A stretch of 32,000 nt of DNA from Crocosphaera subtropica ATCC 51142 (GTDB lineage: Bacteria > Cyanobacteriota > Cyanobacteriia > Cyanobacteriales > Microcystaceae): the NCBI RefSeq assembly GCF_000017845.1, contig NC_010546.1, forward strand, positions 3,300,001 to 3,332,000, given 5' to 3'. How positions within the stretch are numbered: position 1 is the first letter of the stretch; each line of letters opens with the position of its first letter. Below, one piece after another: positions 9,907 to 19,744 of the stretch. A program made the position numbers and the translations under genes. Below the pieces are notes generated by a model. That model saw only the letters and a list, made by a program, of their open reading frames with translations. It ran no database searches and had not been told where the DNA came from.

Positions 9907-11460
9907 ATGGTCATTAAGTTCTTTAAATTATCTCGTTTCATTCGTTACGGTATTAGCCTTCTTTGCCTTGCCTTGCTTCTGGGGGGAAATATTCCAGCAT
10001 TAGCGCAAACCTCATCGGCTGATGGTTCTTCTTCTATTACTCCTTATTTGAATCGTGCGATTGAACGAGTTACAGAATTCACTTTAGATAATGGCATGAA
10101 ATTTATTATCATGGAAAATCATGATGCGCCGGTGGTTTCTTTTGTGACTTATGCTGACGTGGGAGGAGTAAATGAACCCGATGGAAAAACGGGAGTCGCT
10201 CATTTTTTAGAACATTTAGCCTTTAAAGGAACGACACAAATTGGAACCAGTAACTATGAAAAAGAACAAGAAACTTTAATTCGCTTAGATCAAGTTTTTG
10301 AACAACTGAAAGCTACTAAAAAAACAGGAAATGAAGAGAAAGTAAAAGAATTAACAGAAACTTTTGAAAAAGTACAAGCAGAAGCAGCCGAATATGTACA
10401 ACAAAATGCTTTCGGACGAATTGTAGAAACTGCTGGAGGGGTTAATATTAATGCTCAAACCACTCCTGATGCAACCCTTTACTTTTATAGTTTTCCCTCT
10501 AATAAAGTAGAATTATGGATGTCTTTAGAATCAGAAAGATTTTTAGATCCTGTTTTTCGGGAATTTTATAAAGAGCAAAATATCATCTTAGAAGAACGAC
10601 GGTTACGGACAGAAAATAACCCTATTGGGACGATGGTAGAAGCGTTTTTAGATACTGCTTTTACGGAACATCCCTATAAGCGTCCTACCATTGGTTATAA
10701 CGAAGATATTCGCAATTTAACCCGTGAGGATGTTCGAGACTTTTTCAATATTTATTATGGACCCAATAACTTAACCATTTCCATTGTAGGGGATGTTCAA
10801 CCGGAACAAGTTAAACAATTAGCCGAAGTTTATTTTGGTCGCTACGGGGAAAAACCACAACCGCCTAAAGTGACAAAAGTAGAACCAAAACAAGAAGAAA
10901 CCAGAGAAGTTACCTTAAAATTAGCGTCTCAACCTTGGTATTTAGAAGGGTATCATGTTCCTGCTTTAAGTCATCCGGATAGTGCTATTTATCAGGTGAT
11001 TTCGACTTTATTAAGTTCGGGAAGAACTTCTCGTTTATATAAGTCTTTAGTCGAAGACAAACAAGTGGCATTAGTTGCCCAAGGCTTTAATGGTTTTCCA
11101 GCGGAAAAATACCCCAACTTGATGTTATTTTATGCTCAAACGGCTCCTAACGCATCGATAGAAGATGTAGCAACAGCCTTATCTTTAGAAATTGACAAAT
11201 TGAAAACTCAACCCGTTTTTGAACAAGAATTACAACGGGTTAAAAATCAATTACGGGCAGGTTTATTACGTTCCCTTGATTCTAATTTGGGTATGGGTAA
11301 AGCCTTAGTTGAATATGAGGTAAAAACAGGCAGTTGGCGCAATTTATTCGATCAACTACAAGCCATTGAAGCCGTAACGTCTGCGGATATTCAACGGGTT
11401 GCAAGAGCAACTTTTATCCCCGAAAATTTGACCATTGGAAAGATTTTACCGAAGTCTTAA
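9907..11460 (+). CDS. M16 (pitrilysin/insulinase) family zinc peptidase, secreted
   Basis: N-terminal signal peptide. It has an inverted zinc motif HxxEH (GVAHFLEHLAFKG). The 517-aa length fits a two-domain M16 protein. Confidence 0.85.
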   Translation: MVIKFFKLSRFIRYGISLLCLALLLGGNIPALAQTSSADGSSSITPYLNRAIERVTEFTLDNGMKFIIMENHDAPVVSFVTYADVGGVNEPDGKTGVAHFLEHLAFKGTTQIGTSNYEKEQETLIRLDQVFEQLKATKKTGNEEKVKELTETFEKVQAEAAEYVQQNAFGRIVETAGGVNINAQTTPDATLYFYSFPSNKVELWMSLESERFLDPVFREFYKEQNIILEERRLRTENNPIGTMVEAFLDTAFTEHPYKRPTIGYNEDIRNLTREDVRDFFNIYYGPNNLTISIVGDVQPEQVKQLAEVYFGRYGEKPQPPKVTKVEPKQEETREVTLKLASQPWYLEGYHVPALSHPDSAIYQVISTLLSSGRTSRLYKSLVEDKQVALVAQGFNGFPAEKYPNLMLFYAQTAPNASIEDVATALSLEIDKLKTQPVFEQELQRVKNQLRAGLLRSLDSNLGMGKALVEYEVKTGSWRNLFDQLQAIEAVTSADIQRVARATFIPENLTIGKILPKS

Positions 11461-11523
11461 TATTTCTTATCAGGTGGGTAAAATCCACCTTGATACACCT
11501 TAATTGATTATCTGAAACTTTGT

Positions 11524-12558
11524 ATGCTATTTAAAAGTCAATTAAAACAGACAAATTCAAACTTACAGTTAAAATATATTGATCTCTTTTGTGGAATTGG
11601 AGGCTTTCGGATTGCTTTAGAATCAGTTTGCTCTCAGTATAGACTGAAAGATAAAAAAATAGAATCTATTTGTGTCTTTTCTTCGGACATTGATCCCGAT
11701 GCTAAAAAAAATTATGAAGCGAATTTTAAGGAAAAACCTCAAGGAGATATTACAAAAATTCCTATAGAATCAATCCCTAAACATGATCTTTTATTAGCCG
11801 GTTTTCCTTGTCAACCTTTTAGTATTTGTGGGAAACTTGAAGGTTTTGAAGATACAAGAGGGACGCTATTTTTTGAAATTGCGAGAATTCTCGATTACCA
11901 TAAACCCTATGCTTTTATACTAGAAAATGTTAAACAATTAGTCGGACATAATAAAGGCAAAACATTAAAAACTATTTTAAAAATTTTATCTGATTTAGGT
12001 TATTATACAGACTATAAGGTTTTAAATGCTTTGAACTTTGGATTACCCCAGAAACGAGAGCGAGTTTTTATTGTTGGTTTTCGAGATCCCCTAGCTTTTA
12101 TTTGGAAACAACCCAATATATTGATGAAACCATTATCAGAAATAATCGAAAAATCTGTCTCAGAATTTTATTATGCTTCTGAACAAATTCAACGAAATAG
12201 GTTAGCTAAATATCAGGGAAATCATCAGCATAAAATTACGATTTGGCATGAAAATAAAGCAGGTCATATTAGTGCTTATCCTTACTCTTGTGCCATGAGG
12301 GCCGGAGCATCTTATAATTATCTTTTAGTCAATGGTAAACGTCGTTTAACCGAACGAGAAATGCTACGTTTACAAGGTTTTCCTGATTGGTTTCAATTGA
12401 TTGGTTCCTATTCATCAGCTAGAAAATTAGTGGGAAACTCAGTGGCAGTTCCTTGTGTTGTTTCTATTATTAACTCTATATTTGATGCAGTTGATAAAAA
12501 TAAATTCAAGGTGGATCAAAGAAAAGAACAATTTATTCAAACTACTCTATTTGATTGA
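11524..12558 (+). CDS. DNA (cytosine-5)-methyltransferase (type II R-M methylase)
   Basis: All diagnostic m5C motifs are present: I DLFCGIGGF, IV GFPCQPFS, VI ILENVKQL, VIII QKRERVFIVG, X GNSVAVP. The stop lies 3 nt before the ATG of the endonuclease gene. Confidence 0.9.
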   Translation: MLFKSQLKQTNSNLQLKYIDLFCGIGGFRIALESVCSQYRLKDKKIESICVFSSDIDPDAKKNYEANFKEKPQGDITKIPIESIPKHDLLLAGFPCQPFSICGKLEGFEDTRGTLFFEIARILDYHKPYAFILENVKQLVGHNKGKTLKTILKILSDLGYYTDYKVLNALNFGLPQKRERVFIVGFRDPLAFIWKQPNILMKPLSEIIEKSVSEFYYASEQIQRNRLAKYQGNHQHKITIWHENKAGHISAYPYSCAMRAGASYNYLLVNGKRRLTEREMLRLQGFPDWFQLIGSYSSARKLVGNSVAVPCVVSIINSIFDAVDKNKFKVDQRKEQFIQTTLFD

Positions 12559-12632
12559 ATTATGAATACAGAGATTGAACAAGCAAAAATAAAATTAGAT
12601 AGAATTATTAATAAATCTCGAACTCGTTTTTA

Positions 12633-13773
12633 TAGCTAGTCTAACTGAATCGTGAAAAAGCCTCGTAGTTTTTAAAATTAGGAAGATTGAATAGTTTCAA
12701 CTCAACAAAAAGTTGAAAAAGACGTTTAACAATTTTAAAATTTTTCCCAAATCTATAAAATCTTCTCAGTAAAGTTTTGAGTTGTAACCAAATTGCTTCT
12801 ACGGGATTTTCTTGAGGGGAATAAGGAGCAAAAAGACAACAGGTTACTCGCCATTCTTCTGGTGACAAATCTTGATTTTCTCTAGCTAAAAACTTTTGCA
12901 TTTCTTTTCCTCTATGATAACTGGCTCCATCCCAAATCCATAAGGTTTTAGCTTCGGGATTTTTTTTCTGTAATTGTTGGACAAAATCTACCGTGTTTTT
13001 TCCATTTCCTTTTTGATAAGGAAGCAAAATAAATTCTTGAGTTAATAAATTTAATGCCCCATAATATGTCTGTCTTTCTTTAGGATTTAAAAGAGGAATT
13101 TTTAAGGGTTCTTTTATTAAGTTCCATAGATATCCGCAAATATCCTCCCAGTGAAGATGACATTCATCAACTATATACACTATCAGCTTTCCTGAATCTA
13201 TTTCCTCTCGTCTATTTTCCAGAATTTGCGCTATTTCTTGGTTTTTTTTTGAGTGACTTCTTCATGATATCTAGGATTAATTTGTTGCCCCTTTTGCCAA
13301 GAAATTTTCGCCTCTTTTAAAATCTTATAATAACTTTGAAGAGATTGATAAACCACATCATATTTCTCAATTAGATAAACTTCTAGTTCAGAAATATCCC
13401 AGGTTTTTTGTTCAATTAGCCACTCAATTATCTCGGTACGTTCTTGATTTGTTAAGTAACTTTTACTTCCTTTGTATCCTTATTTTAAACCATTTATACC
13501 CCCAAAATTAAAAGCATTAACCCATTTACTAATAAATCCTAGTGACACAGATAAAATTTCTGAGACTCTTTCATAACGATAGCCTTCTAGCACTAACTTT
13601 ACCGCTAAAGCTCTTTGAGTCTCTCTCCCGTTTGATGAATTTTCAAGAAACTCTTTAATTAGCTCAATTTTCTCCTTATTGTCTGTTATCATGAGTTTGT
13701 TTCTTTTTGAAATTACTCTTTTAATTTTACCTAAACAGAGCTTTTTTTATTCACGACTCATTTAGAAACGCTA
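12633..13773 (-). mobile_element. IS630-family insertion sequence (1141 bp)
   Basis: Terminal inverted repeats are TAGCTAGTCTAACTGAATCGTGAA (12633-12656) and the reverse complement of 13750-13773, TAGCGTTTCTAAATGAGTCGTGAA (19/24 identical). TA target-site duplications sit at 12631-12632 and 13774-13775. It carries an internal DDE transposase. Confidence 0.85.
12641..13692 (-). pseudogene. IS630-family DDE transposase, disrupted (in-frame TAA plus a -1 frameshift at an A9 run)
   Basis: There are three segments. The HTH part is 13692-13483, then an in-frame TAA at 13480-13482. The same frame continues (GYKGSKSYLTNQERTEIIEWL...TQKK) to a TAG at 13231-13233. The catalytic part is in the -1 frame (IVYIVDECH...LWIWDGASYH...YSPQENPVEAIW). 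The frames overlap at the T9 run at 13242-13250 (A9 on the coding strand). Confidence 0.8.
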
Positions 13774-14910
13774 TATAAACCGATTCAAATTGCTGAAGTT
13801 TTATATCATTCGCGTGTTGATAATAATATTGACACCTCTAATAAAGAAGATTATAGAATTAAATCAAAACTATGGAGAGATCAAGTAACCAATAGACTAC
13901 TACATCAATCTTCTACCTCATCTAGTCGATTTCAAGATGATATTTGGAATGATAATGCAATGCCTCCAGAAATATTAAAAGTCCTAGATGATTTTAATAA
14001 GAAGAATTTGGGAATTGTTGAAAAATATATTTATGATAAGTTTAAGGAAAAATTGGGTATCATATCTTCGATTATACAGATTGTTCTTGTTGGGGTATCA
14101 TGTCCAAACAATTTTCAACTAGACAATTTATTATCTTTATTTAGACAAGAAGCTGGTATTAAACGGAGTATTGATAAATGTTATGAAATTATTACTTATA
14201 GTCTATTGGAAACTGTTGTTAATCAATTAGAAGCAGAGATTACAGTTAAAATTCCTGAAAAAAATTATCTACTACTACAAGAATTTTCTGACTTATCAAA
14301 AGTTCTGCTTAATGTTAATCCTGACAAACCAGAATGGACTGAACTTGCACATATTTATCGAGTCGGTGTTACTAATGCAGCAGATAGAGGATTAGATATG
14401 TGGGCTAACTTTGGGCCTGTAATTCAAGTTAAACATCTTACCCTAAATTCTGCACAAGTAGAAACCATTGTTGATCAAATTGAAAGTGATCATATTATTA
14501 TTGTTTGTCGTGATGCTGATGCTTCAGTCATTTCTATTTTAATGAAACAAATTGGATGGGGAAAGCGTGTCAGAGGAATCGTTAAAGAAAGTCAATTAAT
14601 TGAATGGTACAATCGCTGTTTAAGAGGTAAGTTTTCTCATCAAATATCTCAACCTTTAATGAATTTATTACAAAAAAGTTTTGAAGAAGAGTTTCCTGAA
14701 GTTACAGAAATTATAGAATTTTATCAAGAACGTCAATATACCAAGATTCAACTTTCTCAAATGTGGCAATAAATCAGAACGAGAGAAGTGTTTACTAAAC
14801 TTAATGATACTTTTGACCCAGTAAGCCTTAGATTGATCATAAGTGTAACTTGGTTAATGCGATCGACAAGTTACCATTGAACTTTTGATTAAAGTCTTAG
14901 TTAATTAGAT

Positions 14911-15942
14911 ATGACCCCAATAACAACAGACGCTACTACTCCTCAACAAACTTCTTTGCCCCCCGAAGATGCCCAAAAACGGGTCAGTCAGTTCATGAAA
15001 ACCCTTCAAGACGAAATTTGCCAAGGACTTGAAAAAGCAGACGGTGAGGGCAAATTTCATGAAGATAGTTGGCAGCGAGAAGAGGGAGGCGGTGGCCGTT
15101 CTCGTGTCCTCAGAGACGGTAACTTATTAGAACAAGGTGGGGTAAACTTCTCTGAAGTGTGGGGCAAACAGTTACCCCCTTCCATCTTAAAACAGCGTCC
15201 CGAAGCAGAAGGTCACGGTTTTTATGCCACAGGAACCTCTATGGTTCTCCATCCTCGTAACCCCTATGTTCCCACAGTTCACCTCAATTATCGCTATTTT
15301 GAAGCCGGTCCAGTGTGGTGGTTTGGGGGTGGTATTGACTTAACTCCCTATTATCCTTTTGCTGAAGATGCAGCCCAGTTTCATCGAACCTTAAAGGAAA
15401 CTTGCGATAAACATCACCGTGAATATTATCCCGTGTTTAAACACTGGTGTGATGAATATTTCTATCTCAAACACCGTCAAGAAACCCGTGGGGTTGGGGG
15501 TATTTTCTTTGACTATCAAGATGGAACTGACCCCTTATATCGGGGTCCCCATGCTGATAAAGCAGCAGCAAAATACAGTAATCAATTACCTCCTCAAGAC
15601 AACCGTAGCTGGGAAGATTTATTTGCTTTTGTCAATGACTGCGGACGAACCTTTTTACCGGCTTATCTTCCTATTGTCGAAAAGCGTCGGAATACGGAAT
15701 ATGGAGATAGAGAAAGACAGTTTCAATTGTATCGTCGAGGACGATATGTTGAGTTTAATTTAGTGTACGATCGCGGGACAATTTTTGGTCTACAAACCAA
15801 TGGTCGTACGGAGTCTATTTTGATGTCTTTACCGCCTTTAGTTCGTTGGGAATACTGCTATGAACCTGAACCCAACACCCCCGAAGCTGAATTATACAAC
15901 ACCTTCTTAAAGCCTCAAGATTGGGCGAATTGGAACCCTTAA
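14911..15942 (+). CDS. hemF: oxygen-dependent coproporphyrinogen III oxidase
   Basis: 343 aa. Conserved HemF blocks are present ([10 protein letters not shown]...[11 protein letters not shown]; [18 protein letters not shown]; [11 protein letters not shown]; [18 protein letters not shown]). Confidence 0.9.
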   Translation: MTPITTDATTPQQTSLPPEDAQKRVSQFMKTLQDEICQGLEKADGEGKFHEDSWQREEGGGGRSRVLRDGNLLEQGGVNFSEVWGKQLPPSILKQRPEAEGHGFYATGTSMVLHPRNPYVPTVHLNYRYFEAGPVWWFGGGIDLTPYYPFAEDAAQFHRTLKETCDKHHREYYPVFKHWCDEYFYLKHRQETRGVGGIFFDYQDGTDPLYRGPHADKAAAKYSNQLPPQDNRSWEDLFAFVNDCGRTFLPAYLPIVEKRRNTEYGDRERQFQLYRRGRYVEFNLVYDRGTIFGLQTNGRTESILMSLPPLVRWEYCYEPEPNTPEAELYNTFLKPQDWANWNP

Positions 15943-16049
15943 AAGACAACGAACTCAAATGTCACGACAGCTTTATATAGACTGATGCAGTCCTATTGAG
16001 TAGTCAGCAACTAAAAAATTTCTGAGGTACTTTACGACTTAACCGTTAC

Positions 16050-16083
16050 CCTCCCATGATATTATGGGAGGTTTGCTTTTGTT
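16050..16083 (+). terminator. rho-independent terminator of hemF
   Basis: CCTCCCAT (16050-16057) pairs with ATGGGAGG (16064-16071), with a 6-nt loop. It is followed by TTTGCTTTTGTT. Confidence 0.65.
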
Positions 16084-16184
16084 CAAAGTTTGATGTTGAT
16101 ATAGAGAAATTTCCTTAAGAGATGGGGGAGTTGAACCGTTTGGGGAGTGTAATAAAAAAACAACCTTTGATTATTGATCATTTT

Positions 16185-17612
16185 ATGTACGAGAAACTGA
16201 CACCCCCAACCACTGGTTCTAAAATTACCTTTAAAGACGGTAAACCTATTGTTCCTAATGATCCCATTGTTCCTTTTATTCGTGGGGACGGAACAGGAGT
16301 GGATATTTGGCCAGCAACGGAAAAAGTCATTGATGCTGCGGTGAAAACAGCTTACGGAGACAGCAAAAAAATCAACTGGTTTAAGGTCTATGCAGGGGAT
16401 GAAGCGTGTGATAAGTACGGAACCTATCAATATTTACCGGAAGATACTTTAACCGCTATCAGGGAGTATGGTATCGCCATCAAAGGACCTCTCACAACCC
16501 CTGTAGGTGGCGGTATTCGCTCCCTTAACGTGGCATTACGACAAATTTTTGAATTATACGCTTGTGTTCGTCCCTGTCGCTATTATCCGGGGACTCCTTC
16601 CCCTCATAAGTCCCCTGAAAAGTTAGATGTGATTGTCTATCGGGAAAATACCGAAGATATTTATTTAGGCATTGAATGGAAAGAAGGGACAGAACTTGCT
16701 CAAAAGTTGATCAATTATTTGAATAATGAACTCATACCCGCAACCCCAGAACATGGTAAAAAACAGATTCGTTTAGACTCAGGAATTGGAGTCAAACCTA
16801 TCAGTAAAACGGGTTCGCAAAGATTAGTTCGTCGGGCTATTGAACACGCTTTACGGTTACCTAAAGCCAAACAAATGGTTACTTTAGTGCATAAAGGTAA
16901 CATCATGAAATACACTGAAGGATCATTTAGAGATTGGGGGTATGAATTAGCAACCTCAGAATTTAGAGAGGTTTGTGTGACTGAAAGAGAATCATGGATT
17001 TTGAGCAATAAAGAAGGTAATGCCGATATTTCGATTGAAGATAATGCCCGAAAAGTTGAACCGGGTTACGATGGTTTAACCCTTGACAAAAAAGAAGAAA
17101 TCTGTGGGGAAGTCAAAGGAGTTCTTGACGCTATTTGGGACAGTCATGGGGATGGAAAATGGAAAGATAAAATTATGGTCAACGATCGCATTGCTGATAG
17201 TATTTTCCAACAAATTCAAACCCGTCCCGATGAATATTCTATCTTGGCAACCATGAATTTAAACGGAGATTATTTATCCGATGCTGCTGCTGCGGTTGTC
17301 GGTGGTTTAGGCATGGGACCAGGGGCAAATATTGGGGATACTTGTGCTATTTTTGAAGCCACTCATGGTACCGCTCCCAAACACGCAGGACTTGATAGAA
17401 TTAATCCAGGATCAGTTATTCTTTCTGGGGTGATGATGTTAGAATATATGGGCTGGAAAGAAGCAGCAGAGTTGATTAAAAAAGGCATTGGGAATGCGAT
17501 CGCTAATCGCCAAGTAACCTATGATCTCGCCCGTTTAATGGAACCTAAAGTTGATCCCCCTTTGAAATGTTCAGAGTTTGCTCAGGCAATTATTGATCAT
17601 TTTAATGATTAA
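16185..17612 (+). CDS. icd: NADP-dependent isocitrate dehydrogenase
   Basis: Strong Icd blocks are present ([54 protein letters not shown]). I place the start at ATG 16185 (MYEKLTPP..., 475 aa), as in other cyanobacterial Icd proteins, not at the track start 16122. Confidence 0.9.
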   Translation: MYEKLTPPTTGSKITFKDGKPIVPNDPIVPFIRGDGTGVDIWPATEKVIDAAVKTAYGDSKKINWFKVYAGDEACDKYGTYQYLPEDTLTAIREYGIAIKGPLTTPVGGGIRSLNVALRQIFELYACVRPCRYYPGTPSPHKSPEKLDVIVYRENTEDIYLGIEWKEGTELAQKLINYLNNELIPATPEHGKKQIRLDSGIGVKPISKTGSQRLVRRAIEHALRLPKAKQMVTLVHKGNIMKYTEGSFRDWGYELATSEFREVCVTERESWILSNKEGNADISIEDNARKVEPGYDGLTLDKKEEICGEVKGVLDAIWDSHGDGKWKDKIMVNDRIADSIFQQIQTRPDEYSILATMNLNGDYLSDAAAAVVGGLGMGPGANIGDTCAIFEATHGTAPKHAGLDRINPGSVILSGVMMLEYMGWKEAAELIKKGIGNAIANRQVTYDLARLMEPKVDPPLKCSEFAQAIIDHFND

Positions 17613-17625
17613 TTTATCATGAGAG

Positions 17626-17651
17626 TAGAGACAATTTATAAATTGTCTCTA
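17626..17651. terminator. hairpin between convergent icd and PEP-CTERM genes (terminator candidate)
   Basis: TAGAGACAATT (17626-17636) pairs with AATTGTCTCTA (17641-17651), giving an 11-bp perfect stem. The A-rich tract downstream gives a U-tract for the minus-strand transcript. Confidence 0.5.
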
Positions 17652-17672
17652 TAACAAAAAAGGGAAAAAGGT

Positions 17673-18281
17673 TTAAACAGTTTTCTTCTTAATTAAAGAA
17701 CGAATCCCTAAACCACCTAATAGTAATAATCCTAAGCCAGAAGCAGGTTCAGGAACAGACTCAGGTGTTGCAGATACTGTACCAGCAAAGTTACCAAAAA
17801 AGTTGCCTGCAGGAGTATTAGAAAAGTACAAAGTACCCCCAGAAGGTTGAAAGCTAAGCTGGTTGGAATCATCAACAAAATCAAGAGATCCCCCAAAAGT
17901 ACCACTGTTATCACTGCTAAAAGTAACGGAGCGATCGCTACCAATGGTATTAATAATAATATTAATAGCGGACAGGGTGGTAGTGATATTACTATTACCG
18001 AAAGTATTACCCCCAAAATCAAAGGAAAAGTTGAAGTTAGGGAGAGAAGTTAAAGCAAAGGTTCCATCTCCAGGATCACCATCAAAGCTAAAACTTCCAG
18101 TTCCCACGATAGGAGGATCAACAGGAAGTCCATTTCCAACACTATCAAACTCGAAGCCAAAGGTTAAAGCTTGAGATACGGAGGGGAAAGCTGTAACGGT
18201 AACAGAAGCAACTAAAGCAGCAACTAAGGAAGTGCTTAAACTTGGCTATGCCAAGTTTAAAAATTTTTGGGTATTAATCAT
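17673..18281 (-). pseudogene. PEP-CTERM sorting-domain secreted protein with an in-frame TAG in the signal peptide
   Basis: The C-terminus VPEPASGLGLLLLGGLGIRSLIKKK is a PEP-CTERM anchor. Reading upstream of the track's GTG start stays in frame to ATG 18281: MINTQKFLNLA*PSLSTSLVAALVASVTVTAFPSVSQA. This is a good Sec signal interrupted by a TAG at 18246-18248. Confidence 0.65.
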
Positions 18282-18372
18282 ATCTTAACAAATGTCTAAA
18301 TTAATGACGAAATTAAGATAACACAAGAATATTGTTATTGGCGAGGTCATTTATAGTATTTAGAAAGTAATT

Positions 18373-18976
18373 ATGCAAACTGTAATATAACCATCATGAG
18401 ACATGGGAAGATTATCAAAGATTGCTTAATTTACGTCAAGATAAAACCCTTCCAAAACTATATTTTAATAGCAAGACCCAAGAAGTTCGGCTTATGTCCC
18501 CTTTACCCAGTCATGGAAAACGGATTGATCTCCTCAAAGATTTAGTGAAAATTCTCTTACGTCGACAAGGAAAAGATTGGGAATGTTTTGATCCTATTAC
18601 CTTAAAAATACCTGATCAAGCCGGTTTAGAACCAGATACTTGTTTTTATATTGAGAATAGACAAGCTATTTTAGAAAAAGATTAAATTGATTTAACCCTT
18701 GATCTACTCCCTGATTTAGCCATAGAAGTTAATTTTACCTCAATTACTGATATAGGGGCTTATGAACTGGTTAAAATTCCTGAGTTATGGATTTATCGTC
18801 AAGAAAGTTTAAATATTTATCTTTTACAAGGAAATAATTATCAAGATAGTGAAAACAGTAGCCTATTTCCAGATATAGACATCAAAAAACTTTTACCCTA
18901 TTATATTGAATTAGGATGGACTAAAGGAGCAAGTATAGCATTACGTCAATTTGAAAGTGTGGACAATTTTAGTTAA
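18373..18976 (+). pseudogene. Uma2 (DUF820) family endonuclease, decayed copy
   Basis: Track ORF 18422-18685 ends at a TAA (18683-18685). The same frame continues with the Uma2 catalytic half (PDLAIEVNFTS...IPELWIY...) to 18976. The N-terminus (MQTVI at 18373, then ..NHHETWEDYQRLL in the +1 frame) suggests a further frameshift near 18386-18390. Confidence 0.6.
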
Positions 18977-19428
18977 TTAATTGCTTCTTTTTGTAATAAT
19001 AAAGTGACTGGACCATCATTATTAATGCTTACGTCCATCATCGCCCCAAAAATTCCAGTTTCTACTTTTAAACCACTCTTTTTTAATTCATCAACAAACA
19101 AATTATATAATTTTTCTGCTTCATCAGGAGCAGCAGAATTGCTAAAAGAAGGACGACGACCTTTTCGACAATCTCCATATAAAGTAAACTGACTAATAAC
19201 TAATAATTCTCCTTGAATATCTTGCACTGATTTTGTCCATTTTTCTTCATTATCTTCCTCTGCAAATAGTCGTAATTCTAAACATTTTCGCACCATCCAA
19301 TTAATTTCATTGAGAGTATCATTAACAGCAATTCCGACTAATAAATTTAATCCTTTTCCTATTTTTCCAATAACTTCCCCATTAACCGTTACTTGAGATT
19401 CTGTGACTCGCTGAATAATTATACGCAT
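18973..19428 (-). CDS. dtd: D-aminoacyl-tRNA deacylase
   Basis: MRIIIQRV... at the N-terminus, SQFTLYGD...KGRRPSF, and C-terminal NDGPVT are Dtd hallmarks. ATG at 19428; the track start at 19434 is a TTG two codons upstream. Confidence 0.85.
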   Translation of the reverse strand: MRIIIQRVTESQVTVNGEVIGKIGKGLNLLVGIAVNDTLNEINWMVRKCLELRLFAEEDNEEKWTKSVQDIQGELLVISQFTLYGDCRKGRRPSFSNSAAPDEAEKLYNLFVDELKKSGLKVETGIFGAMMDVSINNDGPVTLLLQKEAIN

Positions 19429-19744
19429 AAGCAATTGATCATCGTTAGTTCAATTATTAATTAATTATCGATCATCCATTGTCTATTAATTACAAAATTG
19501 TCAAACCATTCAATAAGTCATTATACCTAGCTATTAAGGAATATAATTAATACAAGATTAAACCCTTATTTTGCCAATTTTATTAAGAAAATCGCCAATT
19601 TATGATAGGCTAAAGGAAAGCAATTGATTGTCCTTAATATGATTTTTTTACAAAAATTTACAAAAAGCAACCAAAGTGGCCAATAAAATCAACTTAAATA
19701 AACGTCAATTTTGTACCAGTATGTGTCCTGCTATTTGAATCAAT

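Larger units (their letters stand above)
12562..14772 (+). pseudogene. type II restriction endonuclease gene interrupted by IS630-family insertion (possibly HaeII-like family; unverified)
   Basis: The ATG at 12562 gives MNTEIEQAKIKLDRIINKSRTRFY, then runs into the IS (stop at 12637). The same protein resumes at 13777 (KPIQIAEVLYHSRVDNN...) in the frame of the track ORF 13960-14772. Joining nt 12632 to nt 13776 gives an uninterrupted 1068-nt (355-aa) ORF. Confidence 0.75.

Noticed and set aside
13960-14772. Treating the 270-aa track ORF as a stand-alone gene.
   Set aside because: Its frame stays open upstream to the IS junction and joins in frame with the 24-codon fragment at 12562-12633 once the IS is removed. 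The Met at 13960 is internal.
15419-15763. 114-aa same-strand, alternate-frame ORF within hemF.
   Set aside because: The HemF frame carries all conserved blocks across this interval. The overlapping frame gives an implausible Ile/Leu/Asn-rich peptide.
15943-16184. Search for an NtcA box (GTA-N8-TAC) upstream of icd, which is NtcA-regulated in some cyanobacteria.
   Set aside because: I found only imperfect candidates (e.g. GTAGTCAGCAACTA, which has CTA instead of TAC). I found no exact GTA-N8-TAC suitably placed before a -10 box, so I make no claim.
16083-16430. 115-aa minus-strand ORF over the icd 5' region, and the 21-codon N-terminal extension of icd from ATG 16122.
   Set aside because: The minus-strand ORF is antisense to conserved Icd sequence. 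The extension ([21 protein letters not shown]) has no counterpart in Icd as I recall it, whereas MYEKL..PP is the usual cyanobacterial N-terminus. The extension would also begin only ~40 nt downstream of the predicted hemF terminator, leaving little room for an icd promoter.
17732-18174. Three overlapping ORFs (17732-18022 minus; 17847-18053 and 17863-18174 plus) in the PEP-CTERM gene region.
   Set aside because: They are artefacts of repetitive Gly/Ser/Thr/Phe coding sequence that is open in several frames. Only the frame ending in VPEP...KKK has a recognisable sorting signal.
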